The notes under the pieces were generated by a model. That model was not told the DNA's origin and did not search any database. It saw only the letters and a program-made list of their open reading frames with translations. The translations under genes and the position numbers were made by a program. From Candidatus Magasanikbacteria bacterium GW2011_GWA2_56_11 (GTDB lineage: Bacteria > Patescibacteriota > Patescibacteriia > Magasanikbacterales > UBA922), in NCBI GenBank assembly GCA_001004885.1, contig LCRX01000014.1, positions 1,565 through 65,564 of the forward strand: DNA of 64,000 nucleotides, in the 5' to 3' direction. Positions 12,310 to 22,653 of the stretch are shown piece after piece; the first letter of the stretch is position 1, and every line of letters begins with the position of its first letter.

Positions 12310-13269
12310 TTAAATGATCTGTATCTCTTCTTCGATGGCAATTCCAAATTTAGTATATACCTTCTCTTTGGTTCGCTCAATCAGCGAGAGCACATCCGCG
12401 GCGGTCGCGGCCCCCAGATTCACGACAAAATTGCCGTGCCGCTCGCTCACCGCGGCCGCGCCGGCGCGCGCGCCTTTCATGCCGGAGGCTTCGATAAGCC
12501 AGCCGGCCGACAGCTTGCCTAGGGTAAAAAAACGCCGGATATCTGCATCCTCCGGGTACATGGTTTCAATTTTATTTTTTATCTCCGGCGAGAGCTGGCT
12601 GATCTCGACATTTTTAAAAATGCACCCGGTCGAAGCATACCCCTGGGGCTGCGTTTTAGTGCGATACTGCAAATTCTCCAGGGCTTTCCTCATCCCTTCT
12701 TTATTCTCGCTTTTTTCGAGGGCCAGCGTCGCCGAGAGAATCACGTCGTGATTGCGTTTGAAAACGCTCTCGCGGTAGCGAAACCCGCACTCGCTCCCGG
12801 GAACCGATACCACCTCGCCACTCCTGTACACCTCGACCGCGCTCACGCTCTCGCCAGTTTCTCCGCCCATGGCGCCGGCATTGCCGCGCACCGCGCCGCC
12901 AATGGTCCCGGGCACGCCGACGCCCCACTCGAAGCCGGTCAGCCCGGCCTGGATTGACTGCCGCGCCACTTCGACAGTGGCGCACCCCGCCCCGGCAGTT
13001 ACCAAGGCACCATTCACTTCGCACATCGCGTTTTTTAAGTTAATCACGACTCCGCGGTAGCCTTCATCCCGGACGAGCAGGTTGCTCCCGCCGCCCAAAA
13101 TGAAATACGCCGCGCCCTCGCCGTCTAACCAGCGCAAGAGCGCGACCAAATTATTCTTGTCCTCGGCAACAACAAAAAAATCCGCCGGGCCGCCGATCTT
13201 AAAAGTCGTGTGCTTGGCGAGCGGTTCGTTGGTCTTCACGCGCCCGAAGCGCTGCAGTTCTTGGTACAT
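12310..13269 (-). CDS. murB: UDP-N-acetylmuramate dehydrogenase
   Basis: HTTFKIGGPA, LGGGSNLL, PGTIGGAVRGNAGA and VSERHGNF. Confidence 0.95.
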   Translation of the reverse strand: MYQELQRFGRVKTNEPLAKHTTFKIGGPADFFVVAEDKNNLVALLRWLDGEGAAYFILGGGSNLLVRDEGYRGVVINLKNAMCEVNGALVTAGAGCATVEVARQSIQAGLTGFEWGVGVPGTIGGAVRGNAGAMGGETGESVSAVEVYRSGEVVSVPGSECGFRYRESVFKRNHDVILSATLALEKSENKEGMRKALENLQYRTKTQPQGYASTGCIFKNVEISQLSPEIKNKIETMYPEDADIRRFFTLGKLSAGWLIEASGMKGARAGAAAVSERHGNFVVNLGAATAADVLSLIERTKEKVYTKFGIAIEEEIQII

Positions 13270-13452
13270 AAGCAATCAAGCGGTATCTCTATTCCCTACC
13301 GCGCCTCGAGGCTAACGATGCCGGCGGCCGGCGAACATCGGCAGGAAAGTGAGACAGATAAGGTAAACTGAGAGCGGAAAACACGCTACGGCAATTGGCG
13401 GCAAACCCTTTTGATTTGCAAAAGTCCCTTATTTTAGTATACTTTTCCTGCT

Positions 13453-14733
13453 ATGCTGAAACTTGCGGAGGCCCTGGTTTCCCGGCCTGTTGTCTACGTC
13501 ACCCGCGATATCGAACGCGCGCTCGGCCTGCCGCTCAATACGGCCGGTTATCATATTATCTCAAATGAAACGCCCTTTGCCAAGCCAATCGCGGAAAAAT
13601 ACCCGTCCATACTTTTGGTGAAAAGCGAGCGGCTATTGGACACCCACGAACTCCTGGCCAGGCCAGAGGTGCAGAGCTACCTGGCCGAGCTCGCGACGCC
13701 GGCCGTCCTGGTCTTCAAGCCCACCCGCCTGATCGAGCGCCTGGCTGCCCGCTTTGGCTGGCGACTGCTCAACCCCGCGGCGGATTTGGCCGGGCGCGTC
13801 GAAGAAAAAATCTCGCAAGTCGAATGGCTGGGAGCGCTGCGGAAATATTTGCCCCCGCACGAAATTCTGCCGGCCCGCTTGCTCGCGTGGGAAAACAAAC
13901 CGTTCATCCTCCAGTTCAACCGCGCCCATACCGGCAGCGGTACGCTGCTCATCACTGCGGCCGGCGAACTCAGCACGATCCAATCCACCTATCCGGACCG
14001 GCCGGTGCGCCGGACAGAATATGTCCCGGGGCCGATGTTCACGAGCAACAATGTCGTGGCTGACAGCGCCATCCTCCACGGCAATATCAGCTACCAGATC
14101 ACTGGCTTGCCGCCATACACCGACCAGCCGTTTGCCACCGTGGGCAATGATTGGGGCTACGCGCGCGAATTTTTTGCCGCCGCCAAAAACGGCGAAGAAT
14201 TGCTGTCCAAATACCGGGAGATAGTTGACAAGGTCGGCGCAAAACTTCGCGCCGACGGCTGGAAAGGCTTATTCGGCATAGACGTCGCGGTACGGGAAGA
14301 CGGCCGCGATCTTTACCTCATTGAAATCAACGCCCGCCAGCCGGCCTCGACCACCTACGAATCCAAGCTGCAAGAGTGGGCATTTTCCGCCTCCGGCCAG
14401 GAGACCGACAGAAAATCCGCCGCCCGACCGATTACAACTTTTGCGGCCCATCTGGCCAGTCTGCTGGGACTCGACCTGACTGGGTACGAATTAATACCCG
14501 TTGCGAGCGGCGCCCAAATAATCCGGCGCCAGACCGCGGCGCGCAATCTGGACCAGGATGAAATCGCCGGGCGAGGCGAGAAGCTAAGAGCGGCCGGGTA
14601 CACGGTTGTCACCTACGCCAACAGCAAACCCGGAACAGACTTGATCCGGACGCAAAGCCGGGAACAGATCATCTCGGCCCACGGACAACTTAATGCCCGC
14701 GGCAAAGAGATCGCTAACCTGGTAAGTTTATGA
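13453..14733 (+). CDS. ATP-grasp domain protein
   Basis: HTGSGT loop and GLFGIDV...YLIEINAR. Confidence 0.75.
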   Translation: MLKLAEALVSRPVVYVTRDIERALGLPLNTAGYHIISNETPFAKPIAEKYPSILLVKSERLLDTHELLARPEVQSYLAELATPAVLVFKPTRLIERLAARFGWRLLNPAADLAGRVEEKISQVEWLGALRKYLPPHEILPARLLAWENKPFILQFNRAHTGSGTLLITAAGELSTIQSTYPDRPVRRTEYVPGPMFTSNNVVADSAILHGNISYQITGLPPYTDQPFATVGNDWGYAREFFAAAKNGEELLSKYREIVDKVGAKLRADGWKGLFGIDVAVREDGRDLYLIEINARQPASTTYESKLQEWAFSASGQETDRKSAARPITTFAAHLASLLGLDLTGYELIPVASGAQIIRRQTAARNLDQDEIAGRGEKLRAAGYTVVTYANSKPGTDLIRTQSREQIISAHGQLNARGKEIANLVSL

Positions 14734-15533
14734 ACTCTGGATTGTCGGCTAGCGCCCAAAAAGTAATACAGGACTATCTCCATCTCCCCTTTCCGGGCCG
14801 CGATTTCTCCTGCCCGTACTACAACAACCAGCGAACCAAGGTACGCGCCGCGCTCCGGGTGCTCGTCGGCAAGGGCTCGGCCGAGGATATTGTGGCGGAG
14901 GCGCAGATAATCTCCCTTAGGGACAAGATTAATTTGGATTCCCTGACCGACGAAGTGCTCAAGCGGTTTCTGGTGGAACAAAACATCGGCATTGACTGTT
15001 CGGCACTCGCCTATTACATCCTCGACGCCGAGTGCCGGGCGCGTGGTTTGGGGCCGCTTGGCAAACATCTAAAATTTCCCTACGCCAACAATCCGCTGCG
15101 CCGGCTCCTGATAAAGTTGCGTCCCGTGGAAAATGCCGGCGTGAACACGCTGGCGCATGAGACCAACAGCCTGGAGGTAGCTCTATCCGAACTCCGGCCC
15201 GGCGACATGATAATCATGCTCAATACCGGCTTCGAACACCGCCTTAACCACATCCTGGTCGTCCACGAGGTGGAATACGCCAACGGCGCTTTGTGTTTGA
15301 TCCGGTACACGCACTCTTTCAAGTGGCAAAAGGACGGCCAGTACGGCCATGGCGTGCGCCAGGGAGTGATCGAAGTTGTCGCTCCGACCCAAACCCTGGC
15401 CGAGCAACACTGGCAGGAAACCGGGGACAATGACGAGCGCAACGAAACGCTCGCCCAGCTTAGGCGGGCAAAGACAGTAACCCTGCGGCGATTACGCTGC
15501 CTTGAAACCGAGAATAAAAAGAATCCCGACTGA
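14730..15533 (+). CDS. NlpC/P60-like (papain-fold) hypothetical protein
   Basis: GIDCSAL, LRPGDMI and downstream His (NHILV). Confidence 0.55.
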   Translation: MNSGLSASAQKVIQDYLHLPFPGRDFSCPYYNNQRTKVRAALRVLVGKGSAEDIVAEAQIISLRDKINLDSLTDEVLKRFLVEQNIGIDCSALAYYILDAECRARGLGPLGKHLKFPYANNPLRRLLIKLRPVENAGVNTLAHETNSLEVALSELRPGDMIIMLNTGFEHRLNHILVVHEVEYANGALCLIRYTHSFKWQKDGQYGHGVRQGVIEVVAPTQTLAEQHWQETGDNDERNETLAQLRRAKTVTLRRLRCLETENKKNPD

Positions 15534-15548
15534 GTCGGGATTCTTTTT
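15516..15548. terminator. bidirectional intrinsic terminator
   Basis: AAAAAGAATCCCGAC-TGA-GTCGGGATTCTTTTT. Confidence 0.75.
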
Positions 15549-15667
15549 ATTCTCGTAACCGCAAACAAATTGCGACCGCGAGATTTTCGGCCGAGGAGTT
15601 AGCGGCCGGGAGGGTCATGGGGACGCCTCACAGGAAGGAACGAAGACGAGAAGGGGCGAGGTGGTTC

Positions 15668-16591
15668 TCAGCCGAGCGTGAGCGGCTCGAAGTACCAGGC
15701 GGCCCCGTCCTCCTCCTGGACGAAGGTCATGTACGGCTGGTTGCCGTTGCCCCCGGCGGCCAGGCCGCGCAGGCGGAAGCCGGGGCGCACATCGGCCACC
15801 TTCCGCTCCGGCCCGTCCTCGGGGATCAGGTACACGCCGTCGGCCTTCTCGCCGACGAACGCGCCACCCAGCCAGCAGGAGAACAGGGACATGTAGCCGA
15901 GGTCCTCGCTGACGGGGTGGAACTCGTCGTCCTGCGGCACGTACATCCAGTACGCGCCGCTCGTCTGCCCGACGAGGAGCTTCCGCACTCCGGCGTGGAC
16001 CGCGATGAGGTCGATGGTCTGGGCGGGCGGCTCCAGGGCGTATTCGAGCTCGGACTCGAGCGTGTCCGCATCGACCACGACCAGGACCGGATCGCCGCTC
16101 GTCACGTCAGGACCGGCCACGAGCAGACACGCGCTCGTTCGGTCGATGTCCACGTCGGTCAGCTCCCTGAGGTTCAGGTGCTTGGCGAGGTCCAGAGGCT
16201 CCCCCTTGTGCAGGACGAGGAAGCCGATCTCGCCCGCCTTCCGCTTGCGGTCGGCGAAGAAGAAGCGTCGCGCCCCGCCCTGCTCCTTGAGCTCGGCCGT
16301 CAGTCCGCCGAGGTGGCGCTTGACGAGCTCAGCCACCTCCTCCGGGGACGGCATCGGGCCGTCGTCGACGGAGTACGTGATCGCGATCATGCCCCCCGCC
16401 ACGTATAGGAAGCGGACGTTGATACCGCCCGCGCCGGTCAGGGGCTCGGGGCAGTAGGCCACGCCGGGGACGATGTCCCCCTGGCTGCCCCACCCGTGGA
16501 GGCAGCCCTGGCTCATGACCAGCTTGGCCGCACCATGAAGACTGTTGAGCGTCGCCGGCAGCACGGCCGGAGCGCGGGAAACGGGATCCAT
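15668..16591 (-). CDS. GC-rich hypothetical protein
   Basis: 307-aa ORF with GAGGTG RBS upstream and strong GC3 bias on this strand. Confidence 0.6.
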   Translation of the reverse strand: MDPVSRAPAVLPATLNSLHGAAKLVMSQGCLHGWGSQGDIVPGVAYCPEPLTGAGGINVRFLYVAGGMIAITYSVDDGPMPSPEEVAELVKRHLGGLTAELKEQGGARRFFFADRKRKAGEIGFLVLHKGEPLDLAKHLNLRELTDVDIDRTSACLLVAGPDVTSGDPVLVVVDADTLESELEYALEPPAQTIDLIAVHAGVRKLLVGQTSGAYWMYVPQDDEFHPVSEDLGYMSLFSCWLGGAFVGEKADGVYLIPEDGPERKVADVRPGFRLRGLAAGGNGNQPYMTFVQEEDGAAWYFEPLTLG

Positions 16592-16909
16592 TGTTCACCT
16601 CGTTGTTGGCTGTAGACGTACACGCGGCGACTCGCCGGTGCTGAGGCAGACCCTAACACAAAAAGCCGCTTTTGTCCAGTCCAGACCGGCTCATGTGCCC
16701 GAAATCGCCTCCGGCCCACCGAGTTGACAGAGGATTTGTTAACTCTTGTTTACGTCATTTTAAACAAAATATCCCATAAAAATGGGATATTTTTCTTCTC
16801 CAAACAGCAAACAGTTTACAGTCTGAGGAAGTACGGTCGGGATGACTGTGAGAGTCATCCCGACCGGAGGCCGTCGCGGGAGTGACGGCAGGGGGAAAGG
16901 AACGAAGGT

Positions 16910-17713
16910 CTACTGCGGGCCGACGAAGTCCCAGCTCCGGCCGTCGTGGCTGGCGCGCACCAGCACCGTCGAGCCGTCCGGCGCGTAGGCCGGGCAGGCG
17001 AAGAGCTTGCCATCGAGCGCCGCGATGTCGCGGAACGACCCGCTGCCAGGGTCGAAGCTGACGATCACCTTGCGGGTGGTACCCACCACCTCGCCCCGCC
17101 GCACGCCGGTCAGCACCGCCGACCCGAGATCGCCGAAATCGATGGTCTGGGTTCGCTTCAGCGTTGTCGGGTTGACCTCCATGACGACGTTGTTGCGTCC
17201 CTGTCCGGGCCGGACCCCCTCCTCCTGGCCGATCGCCACCAGGCGGCCGGTCTCGGGGTTGAGATCCAACCCATGAAGCGCGACGAGGTCGAGCTCGGCT
17301 GCGAGGTCCACGGTCTGGCCCCGGATGAAGCACATCCGCCTCACGTCGCCAGGGCATCGCCACTCGTCCACGAAGCAGTGCTTTGCGGCCTGGCCGCTGG
17401 CCTCGATGACCAGGGCGAAGGCGGCGAAGTGCCCCAGAAGGGCGTCTTCGATCTGCTCCTCGGTCAGCCGGCTGTCGAAGCCGAGGGCGTACTCGAAGCA
17501 CAGGAACGGCCCGGCCGCGAGTACCGACCGGATCGAGACGCCGTTGATGGCATCCCGGTCCTCGATCTTGTAAGCCCGTCCGGCGCCGATGAGATCCGGC
17601 GTTCCCCAGCCAGTGAGTCTGATGGGGTCGCAGACCAGACGGGCCGTCCCAGCGAGGATCGTCGGGGTCACCTCGGGCAGGTTCTGCCCCGTAACAATGA
17701 TCTGATTGTTCAA
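16910..17713 (-). CDS. GC-rich hypothetical protein (possibly related to its neighbour)
   Basis: 267-aa ORF with GGGAGG RBS, followed by a GC hairpin at ~16837-16864. Confidence 0.6.
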   Translation of the reverse strand: MNNQIIVTGQNLPEVTPTILAGTARLVCDPIRLTGWGTPDLIGAGRAYKIEDRDAINGVSIRSVLAAGPFLCFEYALGFDSRLTEEQIEDALLGHFAAFALVIEASGQAAKHCFVDEWRCPGDVRRMCFIRGQTVDLAAELDLVALHGLDLNPETGRLVAIGQEEGVRPGQGRNNVVMEVNPTTLKRTQTIDFGDLGSAVLTGVRRGEVVGTTRKVIVSFDPGSGSFRDIAALDGKLFACPAYAPDGSTVLVRASHDGRSWDFVGPQ

Positions 17714-17862
17714 GTTCCCTCCCGTGTGTAGCCGGCTCCACTGCCAGGCTTTTGGCCGCGATTATAGCTTAAAATAACAAAAAAATCAAGGAGTGGCTGG
17801 GGACAAAACAGGCAAGTCGGCAGATTGTTTTTTTCCCTTACCTCTGCTATTATTCCTCCACT

Positions 17863-18993
17863 ATGGCTCTCCCCTCTTCGGCGCTTGAGCTTTTGCAGCT
17901 AGCCCTGGCTTTCGGACTAGGTTCTTCGGCGATTGCTTTCCTCTGGGCGCCACTGTTGACAAAAACGCTCTACAAATATCGCCTGGTACGAAGCTCCGAG
18001 TACGATGCCACCCTGGCGATGGGAGCGCGGCAATCCAAAGTCGGCGTGCCGATCATGGGCGGACTTCTGGTAATCGTAACCGTAGCCCTCGTTACTATCG
18101 GCTTCAACTGGGTTCGCCGTTTCACGTATGTCCCGGTAGGCGTCATGCTTTTGTCCGCTCTCCTCGGCGGCGTGGACGACGTGCTCAATATCTACGGCGA
18201 AAAGCGCCGCTCGCGCAAACTGGATCACGTGCTGCGCCTCATTCGCGTACACAAAAACTGGGGCTACAAACTCTGGCTGGTTCTCACGCTTCCCTGGGCC
18301 GTGTTCAAGCGCACCTCGCTCTGGCTCGGCTCGCACCCCGGCCGCGGCGTGCACGTGCACGAAAAACTGCTCCTGCAATTTAGCGCCGGCGCCATTACCG
18401 CCTGGTGGGTATACGTCAAGCTCGGCGAACACTGGCGCGAGATTCACGTGCCTTTCGACGGGTTTATCAACATCGGCTGGTGGATCATCCCGCTCATTAT
18501 TTTTTTCGTCATGTTCACGGCCAATGCCGTGAACGTGGCCGACGGGATGGACGGCCTGGCCGGCGGCGCGCTCATCACGACGTTCGCGGCCCTCACTATA
18601 CTCAGCTGGATCGGCGGATACAAAGAAATCATGCTCCTGAACGCCACGGTCGTCGGTGCCCTCCTTACCTATACCTATTTCAACATCAAACCGGCGCGCT
18701 TCCAGATGGGCGACGTCGGCTCGCTCGGGCTGGGAGCGCTCTTGGCCATCAACACGATCGTCATCAACCAGATGCTTCTCCTGCCTTTCCTGGCCTTTAT
18801 CTTCTATGTCGAGCTTGGAAGCGTCGTCATCCAGGTATTCGGGCGGCATCTGCTGGGCCGCCGTATTTTTAAAATGGCCCCGCTCCACCATCACTTTGAG
18901 CTCCGAGGTTGGAGCGAAGAAAAAACCGTGATGCGGTTCTGGATCATTCACGCCGGGGTGGTGCTACTCGGTCTGTGGGTCTCCCTGTTTTAG
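17863..18993 (+). CDS. mraY: phospho-N-acetylmuramoyl-pentapeptide transferase
   Basis: VPIMGG, NAVNVADGMDGLA, FQMGDVGSL and MAPLHHHFE. Confidence 0.92.
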   Translation: MALPSSALELLQLALAFGLGSSAIAFLWAPLLTKTLYKYRLVRSSEYDATLAMGARQSKVGVPIMGGLLVIVTVALVTIGFNWVRRFTYVPVGVMLLSALLGGVDDVLNIYGEKRRSRKLDHVLRLIRVHKNWGYKLWLVLTLPWAVFKRTSLWLGSHPGRGVHVHEKLLLQFSAGAITAWWVYVKLGEHWREIHVPFDGFINIGWWIIPLIIFFVMFTANAVNVADGMDGLAGGALITTFAALTILSWIGGYKEIMLLNATVVGALLTYTYFNIKPARFQMGDVGSLGLGALLAINTIVINQMLLLPFLAFIFYVELGSVVIQVFGRHLLGRRIFKMAPLHHHFELRGWSEEKTVMRFWIIHAGVVLLGLWVSLF

Positions 18994-18999
18994 CCATGT

Positions 19000-19653
19000 A
19001 TGGGCGAATACCTGAAATGGGATGAATACGTGCTCCGCGACTTTTCCGCCCCGGCCGTGAGCGCGAAGTACGACGAAGGATACGTGTTTACCCGCATCGG
19101 CAAGGGAATAATGGACCAGACGCGCAGCCTCCGCGTCGAGCTCTCGAAGTTTGAACTATCGAGCGAAAACCGCCGTATCCTAAAAAAGACGACCGACCTC
19201 ACCGCTTCGCCTGTTCCGCTCCCCTATACCGCTTATGACTGGAAAATCGGCAAGCTGGCCAAAGACTTTTACGAACAAAAATTCGGGGCCGGTACTTTCA
19301 GCGCCAACAAAATCAAAGAACTCCTGACCGATCCCGACAAGAGCAATTTCAACCGCCTATTCGTCTATACCCTCCCCGCCGAGACGGTGGGCTACTGCAT
19401 CGCTTACGAAAACGAGGACCTGCTTCATTACTGCTATCCGTTTTATAATTTAGACGCCGGCCAGCCGAATCTGGGAATGGGAATGATGCTTCGGGCGGTC
19501 CTCTATGCCCAGGGGATCGGCAAAAAATATGTTTACCTGGGTTCGGCCCAGCGCGCGGGCGACACGTACAAGCTGCAATTCGCGGGCCTCGAGTGGTTTG
19601 ACCGCACCGCCTGGCGGACGGACTCCCAAGAGCTAAAAAAATTGCTGACCTAA
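19000..19653 (+). CDS. aminoacyl-tRNA-dependent transferase-like (ATE/Bpt C-terminal GNAT-like) protein
   Basis: HYCYPFY...NLGMGMML...KKYVYLGS...YKLQF pattern. Confidence 0.6.
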   Translation: MGEYLKWDEYVLRDFSAPAVSAKYDEGYVFTRIGKGIMDQTRSLRVELSKFELSSENRRILKKTTDLTASPVPLPYTAYDWKIGKLAKDFYEQKFGAGTFSANKIKELLTDPDKSNFNRLFVYTLPAETVGYCIAYENEDLLHYCYPFYNLDAGQPNLGMGMMLRAVLYAQGIGKKYVYLGSAQRAGDTYKLQFAGLEWFDRTAWRTDSQELKKLLT

Positions 19654-19659
19654 AATTAT

Positions 19660-20127
19660 ATGGATGAAAGCCGATTGCGTTACGCCGACGAAATTGAGCG
19701 CGAACGCCTGGAGCCGGTGATCGCCACCATCGTCGGCCAGGCCGAAAGCGAAATTGACGACGAAAACGGGCGCGAACGCTACTGGCTGCGCTATGGCAGC
19801 CGGACGCTTGATCTATTGTTCGAATACGCGGAACCGGGCGTCGGGTGGATTAGCGACCGGCTGGAGCGAACCGGCAGCGAAGCCGACAGCCGGCCGCAAG
19901 AGGACACTCTCCTCTACGAAGCCGCCAAGCGCCTTATGGAGCAGGTAACGGCGCGCCGAAAACAGCCGCATGAGTTCCGTTATTCGGCGACCAGCGAGAA
20001 AATGATCAAATGGGCCCACAAAGACGGCCGGCATATTTTCCGCTGGGACAGTATCGAGCCCAACGACGACCCGCACCGTCCGCGCACAGATTTTGTCAAA
20101 ACTTTCAACCCGCCGACGCATGACTAA
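19660..20127 (+). CDS. hypothetical protein
   Basis: 155-aa ORF tightly packed in the operon. Confidence 0.55.
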   Translation: MDESRLRYADEIERERLEPVIATIVGQAESEIDDENGRERYWLRYGSRTLDLLFEYAEPGVGWISDRLERTGSEADSRPQEDTLLYEAAKRLMEQVTARRKQPHEFRYSATSEKMIKWAHKDGRHIFRWDSIEPNDDPHRPRTDFVKTFNPPTHD

Positions 20128-21517
20128 GCACATCCACTTTATTGGCATCTGCGGCGTGGCCATGAGCGCGCTCGCGATTGCTTTCCAAAAACAGGGCTGG
20201 CGCGTCTCTGGCAGCGACGCCGGATTCTACCCGCCGATTTCGACCTTGCTTCGGGAGCACGGCATCTATTTTTATCCCGGCTGGCACCCGGAAAAGATGG
20301 GCGCGCCAAATCTGGCCGTGGTTGGCAACGTCGCGGCTTCGCATAACCCGGAGTGGCTGGCGGTGCAAAAAAATAATATTCCTTACCGCTCTTATCCGGA
20401 AGTGATTGCCGAGTATGTCGTCAAGGCCAACTCGATCGTCGCGGCCGGCACCTACGGCAAAACCACCACGAGCGCGCTCCTGTCCTGGGTGTTGGCCGCC
20501 AACGGCCGCGACCCGAGCTACATGTTCGGCGGGCTCGCGCTCAACGATTTCCCGGCCGCGCACATGGGCGGCTCCGGCTGGAGCGTACTAGAAGGCGACG
20601 AGTACAAAACCGCGCGCTGGGACAACCGGCCGAAATTCGCGCACTACCGGACAACTCACCTCCTTTTGACCGCGCTCTCCTGGGACCATGCCGACCTGTA
20701 CCCGACCGAGGAATCATACTTCGCGGCCTTCCGGAACTTGATCGCTCAAATTCCGCCATCGGGCCTTGTCGTGGCCGGCGTTAACAGCGGCCCGGTGCGC
20801 TCCCTCATCAAGCACGCTCAGGCCAGAACCGTAACCTATGGCCAGGCCGCGGCCGATTATGTCTACTCGAACGTGAGCCAGAGCGCCTCCGGCCTCGAGT
20901 TCACGGTTACGCGCGGCCAAGCGGCCGACCGGATTACGAGTCCGCTGCTCGGCGACTACCAGGCCGAAAATATTACCGGCGTTTTTGCCCTGGCTTCTGA
21001 GACCGGTCTCCCGCCCGCGAAAATAATCACCGCCATCGCCTCATTCCCAGGCCTAAAACGCCGTCTGGAGCGGCGTCTCGCCGGACCGGTCGCGGTGTTT
21101 GACGATATCGCGCACTCTCCGGCCAAGGCCAAGGCGGTATTCTCGACGTTGCGGCAGCTGTATCCGGGCAAAATCATCGCCGTCTTCGAGCCGAACACCG
21201 GCAACCGCCGGCCGGCGGCCGCGCCCGGCTACGAGGCTGCTTTCCAAGAAGCTGACGAGGTCATTGTTCCGAAGCTAACCGCCCTAAAACGCGATCCGAA
21301 CGAGGCGGAAGAAGCTTATGACGGCGGGGATATCGCGCGAATTATCGGCGAAACGCATCCGTCGGCGCGCTATATTCCAAACGACCCGGACGTGGTCGCC
21401 GCGCTTAGGAAAACCGCCAGCCCCGGCGACGTTATCGTCTTTGCCGGCTCGCACGGCTTCCGCGGCATGATCGAGGGCACGGTCCGGGCGCTCGCCGAGT
21501 TATATTCCAATCTCTAA
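20120..21517 (+). CDS. Mur ligase, MurC/Mpl family
   Basis: HIHFIGICGVAMS, AGTYGKTTT, LEGDEY, DHAD and FDDIAHSP. Confidence 0.88.
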   Translation: MTKHIHFIGICGVAMSALAIAFQKQGWRVSGSDAGFYPPISTLLREHGIYFYPGWHPEKMGAPNLAVVGNVAASHNPEWLAVQKNNIPYRSYPEVIAEYVVKANSIVAAGTYGKTTTSALLSWVLAANGRDPSYMFGGLALNDFPAAHMGGSGWSVLEGDEYKTARWDNRPKFAHYRTTHLLLTALSWDHADLYPTEESYFAAFRNLIAQIPPSGLVVAGVNSGPVRSLIKHAQARTVTYGQAAADYVYSNVSQSASGLEFTVTRGQAADRITSPLLGDYQAENITGVFALASETGLPPAKIITAIASFPGLKRRLERRLAGPVAVFDDIAHSPAKAKAVFSTLRQLYPGKIIAVFEPNTGNRRPAAAPGYEAAFQEADEVIVPKLTALKRDPNEAEEAYDGGDIARIIGETHPSARYIPNDPDVVAALRKTASPGDVIVFAGSHGFRGMIEGTVRALAELYSNL

Positions 21518-21523
21518 AACAAT

Positions 21524-22084
21524 ATGAAAATCCCGCCCGAAGCCAAATGCGTGTTCAAAGGAATTATTTTCGACGTTTACCAGTGGGAACAAAAAATGTT
21601 CGACGGCTCCACAGCCACGTTCGAGATGTTGAAACGGCCGAATACGCTTCAGGTGATTGCCGCTGATGAAAACTATATCTACCTGGGCCAAGAAGAACAG
21701 CCCGGAAAGGGGCCATTTTTTTCGCTTTTTGGCGGTCGGCAAGAACCGGGCGAAGATCCGCTCGCCGGGGCCAAACGGGAACTGCTCGAGGAATCCGGTC
21801 TAGCCGCGGACGATTGGGAGCTTTTAAGCTCGTGCCAACCGTACACCAAACTGGACTGGACTATTTATACCTACGTCGCGCGTAACTGCCGCCAAGTGGC
21901 CGAGCCCACGCTCGATCCCGGAGAAAAGATATCCCGGCATAAAGTTACCTTCGACGAATTCATTGCCACTGCCGTCTCGGATGAATTTTACGGCCGGGAG
22001 CTGGCCTGCGATATCCTCAAAATGCTCCACAAAGACCCGGCCCTGCTTGAAACCTGGAGGAAAAAAATATTCGGCGCCGTATGA
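21524..22084 (+). CDS. NUDIX hydrolase
   Basis: Nudix box GGRQEPGEDPLAGAKRELLEESG. Confidence 0.9.
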   Translation: MKIPPEAKCVFKGIIFDVYQWEQKMFDGSTATFEMLKRPNTLQVIAADENYIYLGQEEQPGKGPFFSLFGGRQEPGEDPLAGAKRELLEESGLAADDWELLSSCQPYTKLDWTIYTYVARNCRQVAEPTLDPGEKISRHKVTFDEFIATAVSDEFYGRELACDILKMLHKDPALLETWRKKIFGAV

Positions 22085-22377
22085 TCTGGCAAGACATCGC
22101 CCTCACCGCGGCCAGCGTGATCTTCTCCATTTCCCTCCTCCCCCAGGTCTATCATGGATTTAAGGAAAAAACCGGGACGATAAAATTTCTCACCTCGGTT
22201 CCCACTTTCATCGGCCTGTACGCCGTTTCGGCCATCTACTGGACTCTGGGGCTGTACTTTTCCGCTGTCGTCTCTTTTATCACCGGCACGCTGTGGTTTT
22301 TGCTGGTTTGCCAGCGGCTGAGGTATAATCAGAAAAAATTAGTTGGCACTGCCGATAAGGCACCGGCTGGCGAGTAA
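22081..22377 (+). CDS. PQ-loop/SemiSWEET-like small membrane protein
   Basis: LLPQVY motif and three TM segments. Confidence 0.6.
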   Translation: MIWQDIALTAASVIFSISLLPQVYHGFKEKTGTIKFLTSVPTFIGLYAVSAIYWTLGLYFSAVVSFITGTLWFLLVCQRLRYNQKKLVGTADKAPAGE

Positions 22378-22447
22378 GGAACTTTATTAGTTCTCCAAAA
22401 ACGATTTACACGGCCGTTATTGAAAAAGAAACCTGGTAAATAAATCT

Positions 22448-22648
22448 ATGACCACCTACGGCTTTGACGAACAAGCCCGGGCCGAAAATATCGCCGCCCG
22501 CGCCAAAATTGAAAAGGAAGAAATTGAAAAAATGAAAGAGAAGTTGTCTCTCTGGAAAAAATTTAAGGCCAAAATCGGGCGGATGCTTGGCCGAGGAGAG
22601 GACAAGAAAAAAATTTCCCAGCTTAGGGATTCAATTGATAAACTCTGA
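22448..22648 (+). CDS. small basic hypothetical protein
   Basis: 66-aa ORF coupled to the next gene. Confidence 0.45.
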   Translation: MTTYGFDEQARAENIAARAKIEKEEIEKMKEKLSLWKKFKAKIGRMLGRGEDKKKISQLRDSIDKL

Positions 22649-22653
22649 TTCGT

